Shown: in pieces, positions 30,803 to 38,311 of the stretch
Layout: every line of letters starts with the position of its first letter
Numbering within the stretch: position 1 is the first letter of the stretch
Source of the DNA: a virus
Virus record (IMG/VR): IMGVR_UViG_3300045988_060960
Length of the DNA: 64,000 nt
Strand: one strand, 5' to 3'
Translations under genes and position numbers: made by a program
Notes under the pieces: generated by a model
Database searches by the model: none
The model's input: the letters and a program-made list of their open reading frames with translations, nothing else
What the model was told of the DNA's origin: nothing

Positions 30803-31050
30803 TGGAATTTATTAAGTTTATCTTTTCGAGCTTCTGGATCTGGCTCGGTTTTACGGTTCTGGTTTGCTGCGTTTTGAAATACCTGGTTGATCTCGTATCT
30901 GCCCTTCATCCCACTCGGAAAATCACGGTACGCGATCTCACCAATTCGCGTTCCATCGAAATTCAGAACGCCAGCTATACAGACCTGATGCTCGCTCTGG
31001 ACTGCGAAGATGAAAATACTTTTGTGGAGGTTGTAGACAACGATGATTAA
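30802..31050 (+). CDS. Small membrane protein (82 aa)
   Basis: ATG 30802 lies behind GGAGGAGG. The track ORF 30733 adds 23 codons that overlap the previous gene. One clear hydrophobic helix, FIFSSFWIWLGFTVLVCCVLKYLV. Confidence 0.55.
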   Translation: MEFIKFIFSSFWIWLGFTVLVCCVLKYLVDLVSALHPTRKITVRDLTNSRSIEIQNASYTDLMLALDCEDENTFVEVVDNDD

Positions 31051-31450
31051 GAATTTTATTCCGCAGCCCTTTGAGGGCGGCAATCCTCTCCCGAACTACG
31101 TGAGCAACGTCAGTGAATACACCCTCGTCGGTACTGTTCCGGGAGGCTACAAAGTTGTTTTAGCTCGGCTCACTGTGGGTGAATCGCTGAGCGCCGGAAA
31201 TCCGCTCGCTCACGCATTGTTCGAGAGCTTCACTGACCACGGCGACCGAGCCAAGGTTTCCAGAACTCGTGTGAGCGGGTATGACCGCGAGTTCATTGCG
31301 GTTCGCAGTGCGATGAGTGAGACCGGCGTGGAGTTCTTGCCGGCGCTTTCTTGCCCCTGCGAGGTGATCCTGACCGAGTTCGGGAACTGGATCATGGCGC
31401 AGAACCCTGAAATTCAAGGGGTCTCCGTCGTGTCACAAAGCTGTCATTGA
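31043..31450 (+). CDS. Hypothetical protein (135 aa)
   Basis: ATG with GGAGG SD; overlaps the previous stop by 8 nt; no family recognised. Confidence 0.65.
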   Translation: MIKNFIPQPFEGGNPLPNYVSNVSEYTLVGTVPGGYKVVLARLTVGESLSAGNPLAHALFESFTDHGDRAKVSRTRVSGYDREFIAVRSAMSETGVEFLPALSCPCEVILTEFGNWIMAQNPEIQGVSVVSQSCH

Positions 31451-31474
31451 CCTGTCATTTAAGGGGGTGCTATA

Positions 31475-31945
31475 ATGATACCATCGGATTTCATAGTTAC
31501 ACACGCGCCGATGCACCTGCGATTGGAGATTCGGAAGAAATGCAATTTCTTCTGGCTCCGAGACATTCGGGACGTTGACATCTCGCAATGCTGCGCCAAG
31601 TGTTTTATCGGCGAGAAGGACAACCGGGTCTACTACGGAACACTGCACAAATCGCAGGCCGTTGTTGACATCATGGTGGGGCAAAGCCCGCGAGCGAAAG
31701 CGTATTATCTTTGCGGGCTGAGCGATGGTTTTGTGTGGGAGTTGAATACGCACGTCGCGTTTGTGCCGGACAGCAATTCGGAAGTTCACATCGAAAACGA
31801 CAGAATCAAGCTCGACATCACAAACGCCCGCAGAATTCACTTCTGGGACTATGTTCCGAATCCGCCCGGAGTTTATACAAAGTCTCAGCGGACCTGCCGA
31901 AACTGGATATTTGCGAATTACTTGAAGGATGGGATGCCATTATGA
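31475..31945 (+). CDS. Hypothetical Cys-containing protein (156 aa)
   Basis: ATG with AAGGGGGTG SD; its stop overlaps the next start (ATGA); no family recognised. Confidence 0.65.
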   Translation: MIPSDFIVTHAPMHLRLEIRKKCNFFWLRDIRDVDISQCCAKCFIGEKDNRVYYGTLHKSQAVVDIMVGQSPRAKAYYLCGLSDGFVWELNTHVAFVPDSNSEVHIENDRIKLDITNARRIHFWDYVPNPPGVYTKSQRTCRNWIFANYLKDGMPL

Positions 31946-32778
31946 TCGTGAGCGCAAGTAGACGGACGGACATCCCGGCTTTGTTCTCCGAGTGGTTTTA
32001 CAACCGCGTGGGTAAGGGATTTGTCCTCCTTAGAAACCCATACAACCCTCTACAAGTCGGGCGTGTATCCCTCACGCCCGACAAAGTAGATGGGTTTGTT
32101 TTTTGGACCAAAAACGCAGCCCCCATGCTCGATAGAATTCACGAGCTGGATGCGTTCAAATATTATTTCCAGTACACCATCACCCCGTATGGCCGGGATG
32201 TGGAGCGGAATATTCCCGATAAGAACGAGATTGTTATTCCGGCGTTCAAAAAGATCGGGGCGGATAAGGCCATCTGGCGTTACGATCCCGTCTTTCTGAA
32301 TGAGAAATACACCTGGGATTATCACGTCAGGGCTTTTACCAAAATCGCGGAGGCGCTCGAAGGCCACACGTATAAGGCGGTGATGAGCTTCGTCGATTCC
32401 TACCGAAGCGTAGACCTCCGACCGCTCAAAATACAGCCCTTGTCGCCGGAGCAGCAGCGCGAATTTGCGCAGGAACTTTTCGAGATTGCACGGCAGCACG
32501 GGATCGTTTTAAGTTCCTGCGCAGAGGATTTGGGAATACCCCATTCTTGCTGCGTCGATGGAAAAATGTTTGGCGTTGACAAGCCAAAGGACCGCAACCA
32601 GCGCGGCCTTTGCCAATGCGTTGAGAGCGTCGATATCGGTGCGTACAGCACTTGCAGCAACGGCTGCGCCTACTGTTATGCAAACCACTACGGCTATGTT
32701 CAGCCCGCTCCTGACGTGGATTGCGACCTCCTCGGGCCGCCTCTCAACGGGAACGAAAAAATAAAGCAAAGGAACTGA
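31942..32778 (+). CDS. DUF1848-type protein, putative Fe-S enzyme (278 aa)
   Basis: The N-terminus MIVSASRRTDIPALFSEWFYNRV...FVFWTKN...YYFQYTITPYG matches my memory of the DUF1848 family. The C-terminal Cys cluster is CQCVESVDIGAYSTCSNGCAYCYAN. I prefer the start at ATG 31942 (ATGA overlap). The track start at 31711 would overlap the upstream gene by 235 nt. Confidence 0.6.
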   Translation: MIVSASRRTDIPALFSEWFYNRVGKGFVLLRNPYNPLQVGRVSLTPDKVDGFVFWTKNAAPMLDRIHELDAFKYYFQYTITPYGRDVERNIPDKNEIVIPAFKKIGADKAIWRYDPVFLNEKYTWDYHVRAFTKIAEALEGHTYKAVMSFVDSYRSVDLRPLKIQPLSPEQQREFAQELFEIARQHGIVLSSCAEDLGIPHSCCVDGKMFGVDKPKDRNQRGLCQCVESVDIGAYSTCSNGCAYCYANHYGYVQPAPDVDCDLLGPPLNGNEKIKQRN

Positions 32779-32782
32779 GACC

Positions 32783-33577
32783 ATGATTGAGAAAGTAAAT
32801 CCGTCCCACCCGGACAAAATCGCAGACCGGATTGCCGGCGCGATCGTAGACATTGCCTATCAGGTACAGCCCGACCCCAAAATCGCGGTTGAGGTTCTGG
32901 TGGGCCACGGCGTATGCCATGCGGTTGTCGAGACTTCGGCGCCGCTTCTTATGCCCGAAGTTGTCGTTGCAATCCACAACGCGATCCGCCGCATCGCTGG
33001 CTTCGTGCAGATCGACCTCGTTATCGTCCCGCAGGATGTACACCTCGCAGGAAATCAGGAGCGGGGTGTTCACTGCGGCGACAACGGTATCTTCAAAGGG
33101 ATGCCGCTCACGGAGGAGCAGAAGACGCTCTCCGCGATTGCCCACGACATCTATGCAGCCTATCCGTTTGACGGCAAGTATATCAAGAGCGAAGATCAGC
33201 TCATTATCTGCCAGAGCAACGCTGCGAAGGCAGACCTCGAAAAGATGTACCCCACCGCCGAGATCAACCCGCTCGGCGACTGGACTGGCGGAACGGATGT
33301 TGATACCGGAGCAACTAACCGAAAGCTCGGCTCTGACATGGCTGATTCTGTCACGGGCGGCGGGCTGCACGGAAAGGACCTGTCCAAGGCGGATGTGTCC
33401 GTCAATATTTACGCTTTCCTCAAAGCGCAGCATACCGGCAAGCCGGTCAAGCTGTTCTGCGCCATCGGCGACGACGAGGTTGACGGGAAGCCTTACAGCG
33501 AAATCGTTGAGATCGCCAGAGAGTTTATCAAGAACTGCGGCGGTTTTGAAAAGTTCGCTGAGTGGGGCCTGTTTTAA
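32783..33577 (+). CDS. Compact S-adenosylmethionine synthetase (MetK/MAT) homologue (264 aa)
   Basis: Four MAT signature blocks are present: SHPDKIADRIAGAIVD (cf. GHPDKICDQISD), CGDNGIFKG (cf. GDQGLMFGY), DTGATNRKLG (cf. GLTGRKII) and GGGLHGKDLSKADVS (cf. GGGAFSGKDPSKVDRS). It is about 120 aa shorter than bacterial MetK. Confidence 0.75.
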   Translation: MIEKVNPSHPDKIADRIAGAIVDIAYQVQPDPKIAVEVLVGHGVCHAVVETSAPLLMPEVVVAIHNAIRRIAGFVQIDLVIVPQDVHLAGNQERGVHCGDNGIFKGMPLTEEQKTLSAIAHDIYAAYPFDGKYIKSEDQLIICQSNAAKADLEKMYPTAEINPLGDWTGGTDVDTGATNRKLGSDMADSVTGGGLHGKDLSKADVSVNIYAFLKAQHTGKPVKLFCAIGDDEVDGKPYSEIVEIAREFIKNCGGFEKFAEWGLF

Positions 33578-33602
33578 CGGAAACTGAATACCTGATAAAT
33601 TT

Positions 33603-33636
33603 GGGAGCCTTCCGTTCTGAAAGGCTCCCATTTTTT
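33603..33636 (+). terminator. Rho-independent terminator
   Basis: Stem GGGAGCCTT / AAGGCTCCC with loop CCGTTCTGA, followed by ATTTTTTAT. It separates the early/accessory block from the ParB-terminase block. Confidence 0.7.
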
Positions 33637-33662
33637 ATGCTCACACACAAGGAGGACACGAC

Positions 33663-34190
33663 ATGGAAATTGTTTACAAGCGGGTAGATGAACTCGTTGA
33701 ATACGAGGGAAATGCCCGCCGGAATGATGGCGGTGTCGCGAAGGTTGCAGAAAGCATCCGCGAGTTCGGATTCCTCAACCCTATCACTATCGACGCGAAT
33801 AATGTCATCATCTCCGGCCACACCAGATTGAAGGCCGCGAAACGGCTTGGAATGACCGAGGTTCCCTGCATTGTTCAGGAAATGTCTGAGGAAGATGCCA
33901 AGTTGGCCCGGATCATCGACAACAAGAGCCACGAGTATTCCACGTGGGATGTCGGTAAGCTGCACAAAGAGCTGAGCGGCATCGGCATGGATTTCAAGAC
34001 CACCTTCTTCACGCCGAACAGGGACAGAAAGTTCTTCACTGAGCACAAATGCCTCATTTTCGGCAGCACAGAACTTCCGCTGTCCGAAGAAGAATACGCC
34101 CGCCTGAAGGCCGTATACGACGCGTATATCGAAAAGAACAAGACCTACCTTGGTTTTGTCCTGTATCTGACGGGAGGTAATGCAGAATGA
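33663..34190 (+). CDS. ParB-like N-terminal (ParB/Srx fold) domain protein 1 (175 aa)
   Basis: VDELVEYEGNARRND ... IREFGFLNPITIDANNVIISGHTRLKAAKRLGMTEVPC is the typical phage ParB-like nuclease-domain pattern. Strong SD. Confidence 0.75.
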   Translation: MEIVYKRVDELVEYEGNARRNDGGVAKVAESIREFGFLNPITIDANNVIISGHTRLKAAKRLGMTEVPCIVQEMSEEDAKLARIIDNKSHEYSTWDVGKLHKELSGIGMDFKTTFFTPNRDRKFFTEHKCLIFGSTELPLSEEEYARLKAVYDAYIEKNKTYLGFVLYLTGGNAE

Positions 34191-35044
34191 ACATCAGAGA
34201 AGTTTCCGTATCCCGTCTGCGGGAATATGAGAACAACCCGCGAAACAACGACCTTGCCGTAGAGAAGGTGAAATACAGCATCGAGCGGTTCGGCTTCTTG
34301 TTCCCGGTTGTTATCGACATGAATTACACAATCGTGTGCGGTCACACCCGTGTGCGGGCCTGCCGTGAAATGGGAATCCAGACTGTTCCCTGCATCGTCG
34401 CAGATGAGCTGTCTGAGGAGCAGATCAATCTGTTCCGACTGGTTGACAACAAAACCAGCGAGTACAGCGACTGGGACTTTGAGAAGCTGAAAGAAGAACT
34501 GTCCCTCGTTGACCTCACGCTTGACAAGAACCAGCTGCTGTTGGATCGCTTCGAGCTGAGCACCGAGGTGTTTGACATCGAGCCGGAGCAGGCTGAGATC
34601 AAGATTCCGGCTTTCAACTTCATGGGCGTAAACGACAAGCCCAAGGCCAAGAAGCCCACCGTCCACACCGTTGACAGCAATTCCATCATCAACGCAGAAA
34701 ATGATGCAGTTGCGGGCGGGTATGATGAAGTTGATACGGCCCCGACGCCGGAGGTTTCCTATCCCACGCTGGCGTCCCAGCCTGATGTGCCCGCCGCTTC
34801 CGTTCCCGCAGCCGAAAACGCAGCGTCCTATGAGGCCCCCGAAGCCGATGACGAGCCTCAGAAAAAGGAATCCAAAGCAGCTCTTCCGTTCTGTCAGTTC
34901 CGGTTCGGCGATGTGTCGTTCTTCATCTCCCAGGTGGAGATGGACCGGCTGAACGAGAAGTACAAGGAGTACATCGACTCTGGCGCAATTCTGGCGGAGA
35001 GCTTTGCGAATTATCTTCTGAAGGGGGTTGAAAACCGTGATTGA
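34187..35044 (+). CDS. ParB-like N-terminal domain protein 2 (285 aa)
   Basis: LREYENNPRNND ... IERFGFLFPVVIDMNYTIVCGHTRVRACREMGIQTVPC. The C-terminal half is acidic and low-complexity. The ATGA-type overlap with the upstream gene suggests translational coupling. Confidence 0.75.
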   Translation: MNIREVSVSRLREYENNPRNNDLAVEKVKYSIERFGFLFPVVIDMNYTIVCGHTRVRACREMGIQTVPCIVADELSEEQINLFRLVDNKTSEYSDWDFEKLKEELSLVDLTLDKNQLLLDRFELSTEVFDIEPEQAEIKIPAFNFMGVNDKPKAKKPTVHTVDSNSIINAENDAVAGGYDEVDTAPTPEVSYPTLASQPDVPAASVPAAENAASYEAPEADDEPQKKESKAALPFCQFRFGDVSFFISQVEMDRLNEKYKEYIDSGAILAESFANYLLKGVENRD

Positions 35045-36431
35045 TTTCGTGGAGAAGGTTCCGATCGACGAAGTAACCGGATCAGAGTACAACCCCCGCT
35101 CCATCACGCCAGAGGCGCTGGAAGCCCTTCAGCACAGCATCCGTCGGTTTGGCATGGTTAAGCCCCTGATTGTCAACTCCACCAACAATGTCATCACCGC
35201 CGGCCACCAGAGAAAGAAGGCGGCCACTGCCATCGGCTTGGAGTACCTGCCTTGTATCAGAATCAAAAGCCCCAATCTTCAGGACGAGATTCTGTTCAAC
35301 CTGATGCACAACTCGATTGAGACCAGCAAAACCACGGTTCGCATCGAGGAGTTCACGGTGGGCGGCTACCACTATTGCCCCTCGGACAAAATCAAGATCG
35401 AGAGCGAGCCGCAGAATGTTCTCGTGTGCTCGGAGATCACCAAGCTGATGTCCCGCTACGGCGAGTGGGGCAGTGTTGTTACGGATGGGGATGGCAATGT
35501 CATCCTCAACTCCGAGTATGCCTACTGCTCCAAGAAGCTGGGCTACGGCGTTCTGTGCTACGCCATCCAAAACGAGGATGTTGCCGAGTTCCTCGAATGT
35601 ATGGGCGTCGAGTACGGCAAGTACAACTTCGACAATCTCGGTGTTCAGACCTACCACCAGTTCCTTGCGCAGCCCAAGCGCCTGAGTACGGATGGCCGGC
35701 AGTCCAATTCTTCTGTCCTGTATGAGAAGTACCTGATTCCACGCTTGCAGCGGTCGGACAGTATCATCGACATCGGGGCGGGGCGCATGGCCTATGTGAA
35801 GCTGCTGAAATCCAAGGGCTACGACATTCATGCGTATGAGCCGTCCCTTATGGTGAAGGGCGCGAACAAGCTGGACATGAAGGGCATCATCGCCAACATT
35901 CTGAGCGCCGAGCGGCACGTCCGCACAGACGGATTGTTCGATTACTGCGTTCTGGAAGCCGTAATCAACTCTGTCGTGGACGATGAGTTCGAGAAGGCGG
36001 TTCTCACCGCCTGTAATGCCGTTCTGAAAGCCAGCGGCGTTCTGATTACCTGCACCAGAAACCTTGCGTATGTTGAGAAGGCATACGACAAAACCAAGCT
36101 GTCCGCCGGAGCGGGTGACTGCCTGTGGTATCTTGATGACAAGAACTACACGCTTGGCGTCACCAACGGCATCGTGTTTAAGCAGAAGTTCCACACCCGT
36201 GAGAGCTATGTTGCGCTCCTCGAAAACTATTTCGATGAGGTCGGCGTTCTGGCCTGCAATGCTGGGTATATCTACTGCGCCTGCATGAAGCCCAAGCAGC
36301 TTCCCGACGAAGTCTATGAGACTTATCTGGAAAAGGAGCTGAACATCGAGTACCCCGGCGGCTTCAAGCACAACAAGCACGTAGGTCTTATGACTGCCCT
36401 AATCGAAAAGGTAGCGGAGAGGTATGGCTAA
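35037..36431 (+). CDS. ParB-like N-terminal domain fused to class I SAM-dependent methyltransferase (~464 aa)
   Basis: The N-terminus is a third ParB-fold copy: SEYNPRSITPEALEALQHSIRRFGMVKPLIVNSTNNVITAGHQRKKAATAIGLEYLPC. The C-terminus has Rossmann MTase motif I, SIIDIGAGRMAYVKLLKSKGYDIHAYEP. No (D/N/S)PP(Y/F/W) tetrapeptide was seen. The start is uncertain: GTG 35037 is 9 nt after GGGGG, whereas the track uses TTG 35028. Confidence 0.75.
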   Translation: MIDFVEKVPIDEVTGSEYNPRSITPEALEALQHSIRRFGMVKPLIVNSTNNVITAGHQRKKAATAIGLEYLPCIRIKSPNLQDEILFNLMHNSIETSKTTVRIEEFTVGGYHYCPSDKIKIESEPQNVLVCSEITKLMSRYGEWGSVVTDGDGNVILNSEYAYCSKKLGYGVLCYAIQNEDVAEFLECMGVEYGKYNFDNLGVQTYHQFLAQPKRLSTDGRQSNSSVLYEKYLIPRLQRSDSIIDIGAGRMAYVKLLKSKGYDIHAYEPSLMVKGANKLDMKGIIANILSAERHVRTDGLFDYCVLEAVINSVVDDEFEKAVLTACNAVLKASGVLITCTRNLAYVEKAYDKTKLSAGAGDCLWYLDDKNYTLGVTNGIVFKQKFHTRESYVALLENYFDEVGVLACNAGYIYCACMKPKQLPDEVYETYLEKELNIEYPGGFKHNKHVGLMTALIEKVAERYG

Positions 36432-36858
36432 TGAGAAAAAGAGAAAGGACCTGTTCGAGCAGTGGATAGAATCTGGCGAGGTTGAAAACAACCTCGCCAT
36501 TGTGCAGTCCCTCGCCATGCAGGGTAAGTCGATGGATGAGATCGCGAAAGTGTTCGACATCACCAGACGAACCTTGCAAAACCTCCAAAAAGAACACGCT
36601 GCTTTGGAGAAAGCCATCAAGAATGGCCGTCTTGCCGTTGTGGCTATGTGCCAGAACAAATTGATGGAGCGCGTGTCGAGTGGAGATACGACCGCCATAA
36701 TTTATGCCTTGAAGGTGTACGGCGGCGACTTCTTCAACGACCGGAAAGCTGTGGAGGCCAAGATCACTGGAACTCCCCTTTCTGTCCAGCCGCAGGTCCA
36801 GATTTACCTGCCTGAGAGAGATTCGGAGGTTGGTGAGAATGGCAAAAAGAAAGACTGA
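36424..36858 (+). CDS. terS: Terminase small subunit (144 aa)
   Basis: Lies immediately upstream of and overlapping terL. It has a helix-turn-helix (KSMDEIAKVFDITRRTLQNLQKEH) followed by an oligomerisation-like helical region, which is the typical size and layout. Confidence 0.7.
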   Translation: MANEKKRKDLFEQWIESGEVENNLAIVQSLAMQGKSMDEIAKVFDITRRTLQNLQKEHAALEKAIKNGRLAVVAMCQNKLMERVSSGDTTAIIYALKVYGGDFFNDRKAVEAKITGTPLSVQPQVQIYLPERDSEVGENGKKKD

Positions 36859-38299
36859 TTCCGGCAGCTGCCCGGTAATTATTCGCCCGCAAAAGGGAAA
36901 GCAGGAAATGTTTCTGCGGTCCCCGGCTGACATTTGTATTTATGGCGGCGCAGCGGGCGGCGGAAAGACCTTTGCGCTGCTGCTTGAATGTCTGCGGCAC
37001 GTAGATAACAAACTGTTCGAGGCCGTAATATTCCGCCAGTCCAGACCGCAGATTATGAGCGCTGGCGGTCTGTACGCCACAAGCCAAGAGATCTATCCGT
37101 ATCTTGGTGCGACAAGCGTTTTGACGCCAAATGTGCAGTGGCGATTTCAGTCTGGCGCCAAAGTGACGTTCGCTCATATGTTCTACGAGAAAGAGAAATA
37201 CAACTGGCAGGGTTCTCAGATCCCGCTCCTGATGTTCGACGAACTCGTGCATTTCACGGAGAGCCAGTTTTTCTATATGTTCTCTCGTAACCGCTCAACC
37301 TGCGGCGTAAAGCCGCATATCCGCGCCACTTGCAACCCTGACGGCGAGAGCTGGGTGGCGAAGTTCATCGACTGGTGGATCGACCCGGAAACCGGGTACG
37401 CTGACGAAAGTAAATGCGGAAAGCTGCGATACTTCGTCCGGCGAAATAACATCATCCACTGGGCCGATACTCCGCAGGAACTGTACGAAACTTTCCGTCT
37501 GTATTCCCCGGAGGAGCAAGAAGACGTAAAGTCCGTATCCTTCATCAGCGCCAAGCTGACGGACAACGCCGCCATGATGAAACACGACCCTGGATACATG
37601 GGCGCTCTGAGAGCGATGTCTGAGTTCGACCAGGAACAGCTGCTGAACGGCAACTGGAAAATCCGAAGATCCGCCGGGCATTACTTCAAACGCTCCAAAG
37701 TCGGGCAGATGTTCCATGCGGTGCCTACCGACGTTGTTCGGTGGGTTCGTGCTTGGGACCTTGCCGCTACGGCGCCCGGTGAAGTGGACGAACTTGACGG
37801 ACTGCCGCAGGCTCTACGTAAAAACAGTCGTAGCGACAGCAGCGCTTATACAGCAGGCGTTCTTCTCGGAAAGAGAAAGAATGGCCGGATCTTTGTCGCG
37901 GACGTCATAAATGTCCGCGAAAACGGCGCTGATGTGCGACAACTCATTCTGAACACTGCCCAGAGCGACAATGCGCTCTACGGAAATGTGACTATCCGAC
38001 TTCCGCAGGACCCCGGACAAGCTGGAAAGGATCAGGCCCAGAGCTTTGTGAGAATGCTGGGAGGCTTCACTGTTACCACCTCGCTTGAAAGCGGAGACAA
38101 GGTAACAAGAGCAGAACCATTTTCCTCTCAGTGGCTTGCCGGAAATGTCGATGTAAAACTCGCAGAGTGGAATGACGAGTATTTCAGGCAGCTTGAAAAC
38201 TTCCCCGTAGGGAAACTGAAAGATATGGTGGATGCGTCAGCAAACGCCTACCTTGAACTGGAAGAAAAGCAGCCGTTCGGCTTCTCTTTCAATTTCTAA
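36839..38299 (+). CDS. terL: Terminase large subunit (486 aa)
   Basis: Walker A is YGGAAGGGKTFALL and Walker B-like is LLMFDELVHF. The C-terminal nuclease-like half contains WDLAAT...D. ATG 36839 is 9 nt after GGAGG; the track starts 9 nt earlier at TTG. Confidence 0.9.
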   Translation: MAKRKTDSGSCPVIIRPQKGKQEMFLRSPADICIYGGAAGGGKTFALLLECLRHVDNKLFEAVIFRQSRPQIMSAGGLYATSQEIYPYLGATSVLTPNVQWRFQSGAKVTFAHMFYEKEKYNWQGSQIPLLMFDELVHFTESQFFYMFSRNRSTCGVKPHIRATCNPDGESWVAKFIDWWIDPETGYADESKCGKLRYFVRRNNIIHWADTPQELYETFRLYSPEEQEDVKSVSFISAKLTDNAAMMKHDPGYMGALRAMSEFDQEQLLNGNWKIRRSAGHYFKRSKVGQMFHAVPTDVVRWVRAWDLAATAPGEVDELDGLPQALRKNSRSDSSAYTAGVLLGKRKNGRIFVADVINVRENGADVRQLILNTAQSDNALYGNVTIRLPQDPGQAGKDQAQSFVRMLGGFTVTTSLESGDKVTRAEPFSSQWLAGNVDVKLAEWNDEYFRQLENFPVGKLKDMVDASANAYLELEEKQPFGFSFNF

Positions 38300-38311
38300 T
38301 CGAGGTGAAAT

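Noticed and set aside
31711-31941. Upstream start codons given by the ORF track (31711 for the DUF1848 gene; likewise 28898, 30733, 36830, 44012, 52810, 53399 and 35028)
   Set aside because: Most of these starts overlap the preceding gene or sit on or adjacent to the SD. The exceptions are TTG 36830, which follows its GGAGG with no spacer, and TTG 28898, which lies upstream of its SD. Downstream in-frame starts with properly spaced AGGAGG-type SDs give proteins that begin at the conserved N-termini.
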